DNA of 64,000 nucleotides. Origin: a virus. Where the stretch lies: positions 41,276 to 105,275 of the IMG/VR virus record IMGVR_UViG_3300037418_002743, one strand, 5' to 3'. Below are positions 35,499-44,282 of the stretch, one piece after another; within the stretch, counting starts at the first letter, position 1; every line of letters starts with the position of its first letter. The translations under genes and the position numbers were made by a program. Under the pieces are notes generated by a model. It saw only the letters and a list, made by a program, of their open reading frames with translations. It ran no database searches and was not told where the DNA came from.

Positions 35499-35526
35499 AA
35501 GCTACCGCGTGTTACGGTAAGCACAA
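35499..35526 (-). promoter_or_regulatory. Operator-promoter cassette 18 (TTGTGC-N16-TAGCTT)
   Basis: TACCGCG-TGT-TACGGTA at 35503-35519. Confidence 0.75.
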
Positions 35527-35549
35527 GGCCAGTTGACGAGGGAGTTCGA

Positions 35550-36410
35550 ATGAAGATCCGCGACCGCGTCCGCGCCGCCGTGGACTGGTGCGACGACTGG
35601 CGGCAGTCCGCCGGGATCGGTGCCGCGCTCTTCGTGATCCTCGCCGCGGTCAGCGCCTACTACCTCGTGCGCTGGGGCCACGCCAACGGCATGCCCGGCC
35701 TGATCGCCTGGGCCCTCCCCGCCGCCCTCGACTTCTCCGGCTACCGCGCCGTCCTTGTCGCCCGCCGCGCCCGCGACGACGTCGCCCAGTCCTCCGCGAT
35801 GACGCTCGTCTGGTGCTCCGTCGGGCTGTCGATGCTCGGGAACATCGGCTCGCACGCGGTCGACGCCGGGCTGCTCCGCCCGAACTTCTGGACGATGGCG
35901 GCGACCGTCTCCGTCATCCCGCTCATGGCGATCTGGGGTCACATCGTCGGCGGCGGGATCAGCGCCCGCCCGGAGGTCCGCCGGGCCGCCGATGAGCTGG
36001 ACGAGACCCGCGCCGCGCTCGCCGCCGCGACCGCCCGCGCGGAGGCGGCGGAGCGGGAGCGCGACGAGCTCCGCGCCCGGAAGCGCCCGCCGCGCACGCC
36101 GGCCCCGCCCGCGGAGCCGAAGGCGACCGGGCCCGTCCCGGTGCCCTCCCCCGAGGCGCGGCACGCGAAGCCGGACCCGGCACCGAAGCCTCCGCCGTAC
36201 ACCCCGGCACAGCTGGAGAAGGCGATCGAGTACCTCGTCCTGAACCCCGGCAAGGGGCGGCGCGCGGTGGTGTCCGGCATCGGCGGCGGCATCGGGGACA
36301 ACCCGTCGAAGACGCTGCACAAGGACGCTCTCGCGGCGATCGAGGCGCTCCCCGAGCACGCTGTGATGGCGATCCGGGAGCGCGCCGAGGGCGCCACAGT
36401 CGCTGCCTGA
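35550..36410 (+). CDS. DUF2637 / SpdA-SpdB2-like plasmid spread membrane protein
   Basis: Four TM helices (AWALPAALD...SMLGNIGSH...P), coiled coil, Pro-rich linker, C-terminal HTH-like domain. Confidence 0.7.
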   Translation: MKIRDRVRAAVDWCDDWRQSAGIGAALFVILAAVSAYYLVRWGHANGMPGLIAWALPAALDFSGYRAVLVARRARDDVAQSSAMTLVWCSVGLSMLGNIGSHAVDAGLLRPNFWTMAATVSVIPLMAIWGHIVGGGISARPEVRRAADELDETRAALAAATARAEAAERERDELRARKRPPRTPAPPAEPKATGPVPVPSPEARHAKPDPAPKPPPYTPAQLEKAIEYLVLNPGKGRRAVVSGIGGGIGDNPSKTLHKDALAAIEALPEHAVMAIRERAEGATVAA

Positions 36411-36419
36411 GCGCGCCCC

Positions 36420-36725
36420 GCGGGTGGGCGGGTGACACCCGGGTGCACCTCCGGGCGCGGCCGGAGTGCGTTCGCTCCGCACCCGCTCTGTGCCCGGGTG
36501 GCGCTCGGATCACGATCCGGGTGTGTGCCGCCCGCGCCCGGGTGTCGCCTGGGTGCCGCCCGGATGGCAGGTGCAGTGTCGTCGCAGGTAGCGCCCGGGT
36601 GCACCCGGGTGGCGTTCAGAGCATGCAGCGGGTGACACCCAGGTGCGCTCGGGGTGCACCCGCGACGTACCTGGGCCGCGCTCGGAGCGTCATAAGAAAC
36701 CGCTCGGGTGACGCCCGGGCGACAC
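36420..36725. repeat. Cluster of CCCGGGTG 8-bp direct repeats (clt/TRS-like or centromere)
   Basis: Perfect at 36438, 36493, 36537, 36594, 36604 plus at least 6 one-mismatch copies in an intergenic gap. Confidence 0.65.
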
Positions 36726-36804
36726 GCCGAGGGTGGCCCAAGGTCACCTTGAGCCTCACCCCGGTACCGTTCGGCAGCACCGAAGCCACCCTCCGGGAGT
36801 CACC

Positions 36805-37665
36805 TTGCTGCCACAAGCCCTCGCGATCATCAACGGGAAGGGCGGGACCGGGAAGACCTCGCTCACCGCGAACCTGGCCGCGATCTTCGCCGCCGACGGG
36901 TATCGCGTCCTCGCCGTCGACTGGGACCCACAGGGGAACCTCTCCCGCGACCTGGGCTATCACGACGCTGAGGCGAACGACCAGGGCGAGGGCCTCGCCG
37001 CGGCGCTCGCCGGGGACGGAGAGGTCGAGCCGATCCGCGCCGTGCGGGAGCGGCTCGACGTCGTCGCCGGGGGAGCGGGCCTCGAAGACGTCTCCGTGGA
37101 GCCCGACGCCCTGGACAAGGTCCTCGCCCCGCTCGCCGGCGAGTACGACCTGATCGTCTTCGACTGCCCGCCGGGGAACCGGCACCTGCAGATCGCCGCG
37201 CTCACCGCGGCGCACTTCGTCGTCATCCCGACCCGCTCCGACGCCGCCTCGATCGACGGGCTCGCGACGATCGCGCGGCTCTTCGCGGAGATCCGCTCCG
37301 ACGACAACCCCGACCTCGAGCTCCTCGGGGTGACGCTCTTCGACATCGGCACCCAGTCCCGGCGGATCCTCCGCGACACCCGCGACAAGATCGCGAACCT
37401 CTTCGGCCGCGACGACGCCGCGTTCCTGTCGACGATCCGGCACCTCGAGGGAGCCCCGAACGACTGCCGGGAGTTGGGCCTCGTGGTGCACGAGCTCGAC
37501 CGGGAGCTGTACGCGCAACTCATGCAGACCGGGCCGCAGCTCGCCGCGAAGGGCGGGCCGCGCCGGTTCTCCCAGGCGACACCCGGGCTCGCGGGGGACT
37601 ACCAGCGCCTCGCCTCGGAGGTGGCAGAGCGGATGACGGCGGCGGCGGAGCGCGTCGATGCCTGA
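36805..37665 (+). CDS. parA: ParA/Soj partition ATPase
   Basis: NGKGGTGKTS, VDWDPQGNL, FDCPPG. Confidence 0.92.
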   Translation: MLPQALAIINGKGGTGKTSLTANLAAIFAADGYRVLAVDWDPQGNLSRDLGYHDAEANDQGEGLAAALAGDGEVEPIRAVRERLDVVAGGAGLEDVSVEPDALDKVLAPLAGEYDLIVFDCPPGNRHLQIAALTAAHFVVIPTRSDAASIDGLATIARLFAEIRSDDNPDLELLGVTLFDIGTQSRRILRDTRDKIANLFGRDDAAFLSTIRHLEGAPNDCRELGLVVHELDRELYAQLMQTGPQLAAKGGPRRFSQATPGLAGDYQRLASEVAERMTAAAERVDA

Positions 37666-38233
37666 CGAGCTGCTCGCCGCGATGGCGACCCCGCCGAAGC
37701 GACGCCTCCCGACCCTTCGCCCGGCCGCCGTGCCGGAGCCCGCTGCGGAGCCGGAGCCCGAGCCGGCGCCAGCCCAGACAGCTCAGCCGACGCCCGAGCC
37801 GCCGCCAGAGCCGGCGCCGCGAAAGCAGCCGCGGGTGAAGCACACGAAGCCGGAGCCCGAGCCGGCACCGGTCGGGCGACCCCCGACCGGGCGGGACACC
37901 CGCGGGATCGGCCTCCCCGGACCCCTCGCGGACCGCCTCCGCGATCACTGCGAGGCGGAGGGCATCCCGTACGGGGAATTCCTCATGGAGGCCCTGGACC
38001 GCCAGTGGGACGCCCTGGAGAAGGTCTACCCGCCGCTGGAGCGGCGCCGACCCGAGCTGCCGGCGCCCCGGCGGATCCCGCGGCGCACCGTCCCGGGCGG
38101 CCGCCGCCCGGTGAACTTCCGGCTCACGCCCGAGCAGCTCTCCGCGGTCGACGACCGCAAGGACGCGCTCGGCGTGGCGTCCCGCTCGGAGTTCGTCACG
38201 AAGGTGATCGAGCTGGACCTCGGGGAGAGCTGA
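37658..38233 (+). CDS. Ribbon-helix-helix centromere-binding partner (type Ib ParB-like)
   Basis: Disordered N-terminus then two RHH-like units (GIGLPGPLADRL...YGEFLMEAL; VNFRLTPEQL...SRSEFVTKVI). Confidence 0.65.
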   Translation: MPDELLAAMATPPKRRLPTLRPAAVPEPAAEPEPEPAPAQTAQPTPEPPPEPAPRKQPRVKHTKPEPEPAPVGRPPTGRDTRGIGLPGPLADRLRDHCEAEGIPYGEFLMEALDRQWDALEKVYPPLERRRPELPAPRRIPRRTVPGGRRPVNFRLTPEQLSAVDDRKDALGVASRSEFVTKVIELDLGES

Positions 38234-38234
38234 C

Positions 38235-38492
38235 CTACTCGTCGTCGCGGACGAGCCGCAGCCGGGGCGGCTCGTCGGGCGGCATCGCGCGGAGCTGCTC
38301 GAGCAGATCCTCGACCTGCCGGCGCTGCTCCCCGCTGAGCCCGTCACGGGTCTGCTCGAGGTCCGCGATCATCTCGTCATACCCCTGCCGTGGGGTGAGC
38401 CCGCGGGCGGACGGGGCCGCGGACGAGGGCCAGCGCAGGTCGTGCCCCCGGAGCTGCTCGGGGAGTTCGTCATCGCTCACCCGCACAGACAT
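38235..38492 (-). CDS. Hypothetical protein
   Basis: ORF ending LRLVRDDE. Confidence 0.45.
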   Translation of the reverse strand: MSVRVSDDELPEQLRGHDLRWPSSAAPSARGLTPRQGYDEMIADLEQTRDGLSGEQRRQVEDLLEQLRAMPPDEPPRLRLVRDDE

Positions 38493-38503
38493 ACCCCGGA
38501 AAC

Positions 38504-38551
38504 GACGAAATGCCCCCGCACCGGCCGAAGCCAGGTGCGGGGGCGTTCGTC
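38504..38551 (-). terminator. Terminator at end of late operon
   Basis: GCCCCCGCACC...GGTGCGGGGGC hairpin. Confidence 0.65.
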
Positions 38552-38563
38552 ATGCGGGGATCA

Positions 38564-38977
38564 TCAGCCGAGCGAGTCGGTGAGCTGGCCGGAGGGGACC
38601 GTGACGGTGTCGCCGGCGTTCACCGTCTTGCTCGAGGCGAGGGCCGCCCAGAACAGCTTCTTCGGGGTGCCCGAGGAGTCGACCTCGACGCAGCCGGCCC
38701 AGGTGACGGCCGGGGCGTTGGTGATCGTCGCGGCGACGTTGCTCGCCTGCGTCGAGGGGGCGCCCGCGGAGGCGGCCGCGAAGGTCAGGCCGGAGTAGCC
38801 GGTGCCGGCGGTGTAGCCGCCCGACGTCGACCACTCCGTGTCGGAGCCGGTGTCCGAGCTGCGGACCGCCGAGAGGAACAGCAGCTTGATCGGGGTCGCG
38901 AAGGTGACCGCCGTGCCGCCGTGCATCGCGGTGAGGATCGCGGCCGTCGTGGTGGAGTCGATGCCCGAGGTAGCCAT
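38564..38977 (-). CDS. Small virion structural/fibre-associated protein (paralog of 42548-42946)
   Basis: KL.L...T.G.Y...N...DSSGTP...SKT.NAGDT. Confidence 0.7.
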   Translation of the reverse strand: MATSGIDSTTTAAILTAMHGGTAVTFATPIKLLFLSAVRSSDTGSDTEWSTSGGYTAGTGYSGLTFAAASAGAPSTQASNVAATITNAPAVTWAGCVEVDSSGTPKKLFWAALASSKTVNAGDTVTVPSGQLTDSLG

Positions 38978-38982
38978 CTAGA

Positions 38983-39321
38983 TCAGCCCTCCGAAGGAGC
39001 GACGGGAGCGGCCGGAGCCGCGGGGACGTCCGCCACCGGAGCGGCGGGGGCGGGAGCCGGCGCGGGGACCGGGGTGGCGGCCGGGGCCGGCTCGTCGGCG
39101 TGCAGGGCCTCGATGTGCGCCCGCAGGTCGTCGCCGTGCACGCCGGCCTTGGCGGCGTCGACGATCGACTTGACGATGTGGCCGACCTTGGGGTCGGAGA
39201 CCGCGTCGAGGTGGGCCCGGTGCGGGAGGCAGTCGTGGTGGTAGGTCTCGACGCCGTAGTGGAGCTTCGGGTGGTCGTCGGTCTGCCCGCACTGGTCGCA
39301 GGCGGTGAGGGCGTGTGCCAT
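38983..39321 (-). CDS. Cys/His protein (paralog of 42946-43242)
   Basis: CDQCGQTDDHPK...HHDC...G.HG.DLRAH. Confidence 0.7.
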   Translation of the reverse strand: MAHALTACDQCGQTDDHPKLHYGVETYHHDCLPHRAHLDAVSDPKVGHIVKSIVDAAKAGVHGDDLRAHIEALHADEPAPAATPVPAPAPAPAAPVADVPAAPAAPVAPSEG

Positions 39322-39359
39322 CGGTGTTCTCCTCATGCGTCGGGAGGGAAGGTGGGTGG

Positions 39360-42300
39360 TCAGCCGGGCAGGGTTGTGGTGGCCCGGGCGCCGGCGGCGC
39401 TGCTGGCGGACGTGGCCCGCGTGCTGGGCGTCGTCGTCGAGGTGGTCGCCCGGGTGCCGGGTGCGGTGGTCACGCGGGCGGCGGAGAGCGGGTAGGACCG
39501 CGGGGAGGCGACGAGGAGCCCCTCGCCGGAGAGCGGGTACTTCGGGGCGAAGGTGTGCGCTGTCCCGGAGAGTGATCCCTCGCCGGCGAGCGTGGCGGTG
39601 CCGCCGTCGATCTGGCGGACTGCGGTCAGGTCGACGAGGCCGACCGCGATGCCCGTCAGGAACGCCGAGGTGAGGCCGAAGCCGTCGACGGTCGCCGAGC
39701 CCGCGGCGGCGGCGACGAGGATCCCGACAACCGACTGAGCGGTCGCGGCGATGCTCGCCGACCCGGAGGCGGCCGCGGCCACGGCCGAGACGATGACCGG
39801 GATCGGTGCGAGGTCCGCCGATCCGACGCCGGCGGCGGTGAGACCGGACGATGCCGAGGTCGCGCCGATGAGAGCGGCGGCCGCTCCGACGGCCGAGACC
39901 GCGGAGAGGACCCCGACCGGGCCGTTGAGCGTCGCCGAGCCGGCGGCGGCCGCGGTGACGCTCGAGGAGGTGGAGTCGAAGCCGGTGAAGGCCGCGGTTC
40001 CGGCTCCGGCGGCCGAGACCGTCCCCGGGATCGTGGACCGGGTGCTCGCGATGTTCGCCGAGCCCGTACCCGCCGCGAAGATCGCGGAGACCGGCGTAAC
40101 CGCCGCGGTGAACGTCGACGTCCCGGTCGCGGCCGCGGAGACCGTGCTCGCCGTGCTGGCGTAGCCGGTGATCACCGAGGAGCCGGTACCGGCCGCGGAG
40201 ACCGCCGACTCGGCGCCCGGGACGAGGTCCTGGGCGCCGACGCCGGCCGCCGTGATCGTCGGCGGGATCGTGTCGAACCCGCCGACGGAGGCCGCGCCGG
40301 AGCCGGCCGCAGTGAGCGTTCCGGTCACCGACAGGGCCGGCGTGATGCTCGACGATCCGGTGCCCGCGGCAGACACGGCGGACGACGCGGACGTCGCCGT
40401 GATCGCCGACGTGCCGATGCCGGCGGCGGCGACGGGCGAGGAGGCGTAGAAGGCGGTGATCGCCGACGAGCTCGACCCGGCCGCGGTGAGCGTGCCGCGG
40501 GTGGTGTCGATCGGCGTCAGGGCGAGCGAGCCCACGCCGGCCGCGGAGATCAGACCGACGTCGGTCTGTGCCGTGGCGGCGATCGTCGCGGAGCCGATGC
40601 CGGCCGGGGTGAGCGTCGGCAGCTCGGTGACGTACCCGCCGATCGCCGCCGTGCCGGCCGCCGCCGCGGCCAGGGCCGAGGTGATCTGGTCCGGCCCGGG
40701 GACGAGCGTGACCGAGCCGATGCCGGTCGCGGTGAGCGCTCCCGGGAGGGTCTGGGCCGTCGCGCCGAGGGTCGACGCGGCGAGCCCGGCCGCGGAGACC
40801 GCGGAGGACGCCGAGGTCGCGGTGATCGCCGACGAGCCGACGCCGGCGGCCGCGACAGGCGAGGACGCGGACGTCGCCGTGATCGCCGACGTGCCCGCCC
40901 CGGTCGGGGCGAGGATGACCGGGATCGTGTCGACGCCGGCGACACTCGAGGTGCCGGTGGCGGTGGCGGTGATCGCTCCGGGCAGGGTGTCGAGGCCCGT
41001 GAGGGTCGACGAGCCCACGCCGGTCGGGATCAGCGCGGTCGGGACCGTGATGACCCCGAGCAGCGAAGCCGACGCGCCGGCCGCGGCGATCGCACCCGAC
41101 GAGGTCGAGTCGTATCCGCTCAGCGTGGCCGAGCCGAGCCCAGCCGGGGTGAGGGTCGTCGGGATCGTGTCCGCGCCGGCGGTGACCGTCGCGGAGCCGG
41201 TGCCCGTCGCGGTGACGGTGCTCGCGACCGCGGCGTGGATGACCATCGTGCTGGTCGCGGCCGCGGAGAGCGTCTGGCTGATCTCCACGACGGCCGTCAG
41301 CGACACGGACCCCGCGGCGTCCGCCGTGAGCGTCCCTGTCGTGCTGTCGTAGCCGGAGAGGGACGAGGACCCGGAGCCCGCGGCGGCCACCGCGGACGGG
41401 ATCGTGGACGCCCCTGCGGTGATGCTCGCGGAGCCGGTGCCCGTCGCCGTGACCCCGGACGAGGCCGAGGTCGCGGTGATCGCCGACGAACCGGTCCCGG
41501 TGGCGGTGACCGTCGGGAGGATCGTGTGGGAATCGGTGACGCTCGACGACCCGGAGCCCGCGGCGGAGACCGCGGACGACGCGGAAGTCGCGGTGATCGC
41601 CGAGGTGCCGGCGGCCGCCGCGGAGAGCGTCGAGGAGGTGCTGTCGTACCCGCTCAGGCTCGACGAGCCGGAGCCCGCCGCCGCGACCGCGGACGGGATC
41701 GACGAGGCCCCGGCGGTGAGCGAGGAGGACCCGGTTCCGGCCGGGGTGAGGGTGTCCGAGCTGATCGTGTCCGTGCCGGACAGCGACGAGGAGCCGGTGC
41801 CGGTCGCGGAGACCGCGGACGACCAGGTGGTCGTGTTCGTGCCCTCGATGAAGAGGGCGGTCATCGAGATCGACTTGCCGGACGAGCTCTGCGACGACGA
41901 GTTCGGGGTGACCGACCCGGAGCCGACGCTCAGGTTGTACGTCGAGGTGTCGCCGTAGGGGTCGACGGTGTACCAGGTCCAGCCGCCGGTGGTGGAGCCG
42001 TTGCTGCCGGAGTTCTGCGGCGCGGCGATCGCGATCGCCAGCCGGCCGGAGCCGGTCGCGGTGACCGACGGGAACGCCATCGTGGTGCTGGCGGCGTTGA
42101 CCTGCGTGTTGGACCCGTCGACGGTCCACTTCGTGTTCGACCCGTTGGTCGAGCGGTAGGCGGCGGCGTTGTAGTCCGGGAAGTGTGTCGCCATCGACCC
42201 GGAGTAGGTGATGGTGATCGTCGTCCCGGTGTTGGCGGTGCCGATCGTGCACCACCACAGCTGCAGCCAGTCGCCGACCGTGGAGTCCTTGACCCCGGTC

Positions 42301-42494
42301 CCGACCTGCTGCCAGCCAGTCGCGTCCGCGCCGCCGCCGGTGATCCCGGTGACGTTGATCGTCTGCGACGGGGTGACCGTCCAGCAGACCGCGAGGTCGC
42401 CGACCGCGACGGCTCCCGTGAAGGAGAACGTCTGGGTCGTGGTGATCCCGGAAGCGGCCTCGCCGCTCTTGTTCGTTACCGCGGAGATGGTCAC
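39360..42494 (-). CDS. Large Ala/Ser/Thr/Gly-repeat virion appendage/adhesin protein
   Basis: N-terminal beta domain then many ~20-aa repeats (SAVSAAGTGSSS.T). Confidence 0.7.
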   Translation of the reverse strand: MTISAVTNKSGEAASGITTTQTFSFTGAVAVGDLAVCWTVTPSQTINVTGITGGGADATGWQQVGTGVKDSTVGDWLQLWWCTIGTANTGTTITITYSGSMATHFPDYNAAAYRSTNGSNTKWTVDGSNTQVNAASTTMAFPSVTATGSGRLAIAIAAPQNSGSNGSTTGGWTWYTVDPYGDTSTYNLSVGSGSVTPNSSSQSSSGKSISMTALFIEGTNTTTWSSAVSATGTGSSSLSGTDTISSDTLTPAGTGSSSLTAGASSIPSAVAAAGSGSSSLSGYDSTSSTLSAAAAGTSAITATSASSAVSAAGSGSSSVTDSHTILPTVTATGTGSSAITATSASSGVTATGTGSASITAGASTIPSAVAAAGSGSSSLSGYDSTTGTLTADAAGSVSLTAVVEISQTLSAAATSTMVIHAAVASTVTATGTGSATVTAGADTIPTTLTPAGLGSATLSGYDSTSSGAIAAAGASASLLGVITVPTALIPTGVGSSTLTGLDTLPGAITATATGTSSVAGVDTIPVILAPTGAGTSAITATSASSPVAAAGVGSSAITATSASSAVSAAGLAASTLGATAQTLPGALTATGIGSVTLVPGPDQITSALAAAAAGTAAIGGYVTELPTLTPAGIGSATIAATAQTDVGLISAAGVGSLALTPIDTTRGTLTAAGSSSSAITAFYASSPVAAAGIGTSAITATSASSAVSAAGTGSSSITPALSVTGTLTAAGSGAASVGGFDTIPPTITAAGVGAQDLVPGAESAVSAAGTGSSVITGYASTASTVSAAATGTSTFTAAVTPVSAIFAAGTGSANIASTRSTIPGTVSAAGAGTAAFTGFDSTSSSVTAAAAGSATLNGPVGVLSAVSAVGAAAALIGATSASSGLTAAGVGSADLAPIPVIVSAVAAAASGSASIAATAQSVVGILVAAAAGSATVDGFGLTSAFLTGIAVGLVDLTAVRQIDGGTATLAGEGSLSGTAHTFAPKYPLSGEGLLVASPRSYPLSAARVTTAPGTRATTSTTTPSTRATSASSAAGARATTTLPG

Positions 42495-42547
42495 CGCTCA
42501 CCTCCAGGTGGCGGTCGGAGGTGAGCGGTGGCCGGACTCGCGAGCAC

Positions 42548-42946
42548 TCAGCTCAGCGAGATGGTGATGCTCGAGGTCGAGAAGGAGAGCGTGTCGCCGG
42601 CGTTCGTCGTCTTGGAGGCGATCGAGCCGAACCAGTGCCGGACCGGGGTGCCGGCGGAGTCCCAGACCTCGACGGCGTTGACCGTCACGGCGGGCATGTT
42701 CGTGTAGTTGATCGCCGCGGCGGAGTTGGTGACGGAGCCGCCGGTGGCGGTGCCGAGCGCGGTCGTCAGGTTCTGGTCCGCGTAGGAGCCGCCGGTGACG
42801 GCGGTCCCGTTGACGGTCGCGGTCGGGGCGGTGCCGCCGGCGTTGATGAGACGGAGCTTCATCGGGGTCGTCGGGGTCGCGTAGGCCGCGATCCCGAGGG
42901 ACACCTTGAGCAGGTTGTTGGCGTCCGTCTGGTCCATGTTCGCCAT
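42548..42946 (-). CDS. Small virion structural/fibre-associated protein
   Basis: Paralog of 38564-38977. Confidence 0.72.
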   Translation of the reverse strand: MANMDQTDANNLLKVSLGIAAYATPTTPMKLRLINAGGTAPTATVNGTAVTGGSYADQNLTTALGTATGGSVTNSAAAINYTNMPAVTVNAVEVWDSAGTPVRHWFGSIASKTTNAGDTLSFSTSSITISLS

Positions 42947-43242
42947 CAGGCGACACCTCCATCAGCCGGCGCGGCCGGCGGGGTCTGCACGGTCGTGGGG
43001 AGCTCGGGGGTCACGGAGACCGCGGCCTGCGGGCCCTGCATGAGGTGCTGGCGCAGCTCGTGACCCTTGGCGCCGTTGGAGCCGATGAGGGCCTGGGCGC
43101 ACGGGGTGCAGCCGACGGACGCGCAGCAGTCCATGTGCCGCCGCGCCTCCTCGCCGGTGGTCACGTCGAGCACGAAGACGTGCTTCGGGTGGTCGTCGTG
43201 CTGCTCGCACATGTGGCAGGGGTGCGCGTGAAGGTCAGCCAC
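42946..43242 (-). CDS. Cys/His protein
   Basis: CHMCEQHDDHPKH...HMDCC...CTPC. Confidence 0.7.
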   Translation of the reverse strand: MADLHAHPCHMCEQHDDHPKHVFVLDVTTGEEARRHMDCCASVGCTPCAQALIGSNGAKGHELRQHLMQGPQAAVSVTPELPTTVQTPPAAPADGGVA

Positions 43243-43315
43243 GGACGGGCTCCTTTCTCAGGGCATGCCGAAGACCCCCGCGGCCGGAGGCGGCGGGGGT
43301 CTGGGAGGGAAGGGG

Positions 43316-43681
43316 TCAGATCTTGCGGGAGAGGTAGACCGTGCCCTGGCCGACGCGGATGGTCTGGTCAGCGACGGGGGCGGCCGGGTCGTACAGGTAG
43401 AGCTGGTAGCGGGCGGTCCGGAAGGTCCAGGGGAGCGTGAGGTCGGCGGTGATCGTCGGGATGTAGAGGTTCCCGGTGAACACGATCTGCGCCTGCCCGG
43501 CGGTTGGAGAGTTCGACCAGGTCAGCAGGGTGACGCCGCTGATCGGGTCGACGATCGAGCCGGTGGCGATCATCGGCGGGGCGAGGATCTTCGCGTTCCC
43601 GACCGCGTCGACGATGTAGAACTGCTCGCCCGGCCAGTCCGCGCCCTGCTCGATGTGGAAGTCCCGCTCGAGCGCGGTCAC
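43316..43681 (-). CDS. Phage structural protein (IEQGAD... Ig/BppU-like)
   Basis: IEQGADW...ARYQL...GTVYLS. Confidence 0.6.
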   Translation of the reverse strand: MTALERDFHIEQGADWPGEQFYIVDAVGNAKILAPPMIATGSIVDPISGVTLLTWSNSPTAGQAQIVFTGNLYIPTITADLTLPWTFRTARYQLYLYDPAAPVADQTIRVGQGTVYLSRKI

Positions 43682-43684
43682 CGG

Positions 43685-44269
43685 TCAGCCCGCCGCGGGC
43701 GGTGCCGGCGGCTCCGCGGGCACGGCGGCGCCGGTGACGGCGGGCTGCTCGATCGTCGCCTCGACGTCCGGCACCGGTGCCGGCGCGGGAGCCGGAGCCG
43801 CCGCAGCGGCCGCCTCCGGGGCGAAGCCGGTCGACGTGGTGAAGGTGCCGAGCGGGATCGACGCCGGGGGCGCGGAGGTAACGACCGGGAGCGCCTGGGT
43901 CGCCTCGACCGGGGCCGGAGTGACGGCCTCGGCGACCGCGGCACCGGCGGCGGTGTAGCTACCGGCCGGGGCGATCGCGAGGAGCCGGTCGATCTCGGCG
44001 TAGAGCGCGGACTCGATCTGCTGCCGCACGCCGTCCCAGGTGATCCGGCCGGTCGGGGAGACCCGGGAGCGGGCGAGGAAGGCGCCGGCGGTCGCGATGA
44101 CCACGCCGGCGACGGAGGCGATCGTGTCGATCGTGTGGTCCGGGATGGTGACCCAGCCGTAGCCGACGAGGGCCGTGAGGACGACGGTGACCAGGTGCGA
44201 GATCAGCACCGGCTCGTTGCCCAGCGGGCCGCTGGTCGACAGGTCGGAGTCGGAGTTCGAGGAGGTCAT
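43685..44269 (-). CDS. Holin-like membrane protein
   Basis: EPV...two TMs...ARSRVSP directly after endolysin. Confidence 0.7.
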   Translation of the reverse strand: MTSSNSDSDLSTSGPLGNEPVLISHLVTVVLTALVGYGWVTIPDHTIDTIASVAGVVIATAGAFLARSRVSPTGRITWDGVRQQIESALYAEIDRLLAIAPAGSYTAAGAAVAEAVTPAPVEATQALPVVTSAPPASIPLGTFTTSTGFAPEAAAAAAPAPAPAPVPDVEATIEQPAVTGAAVPAEPPAPPAAG

Positions 44270-44282
44270 GCCAGGGTGCCTC

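Noticed and set aside
38983-42501. 1172-aa minus-strand ORF
   Set aside because: Out-of-frame shadow of 39360-42494; only its last 112 codons (from 39321) look like a real gene
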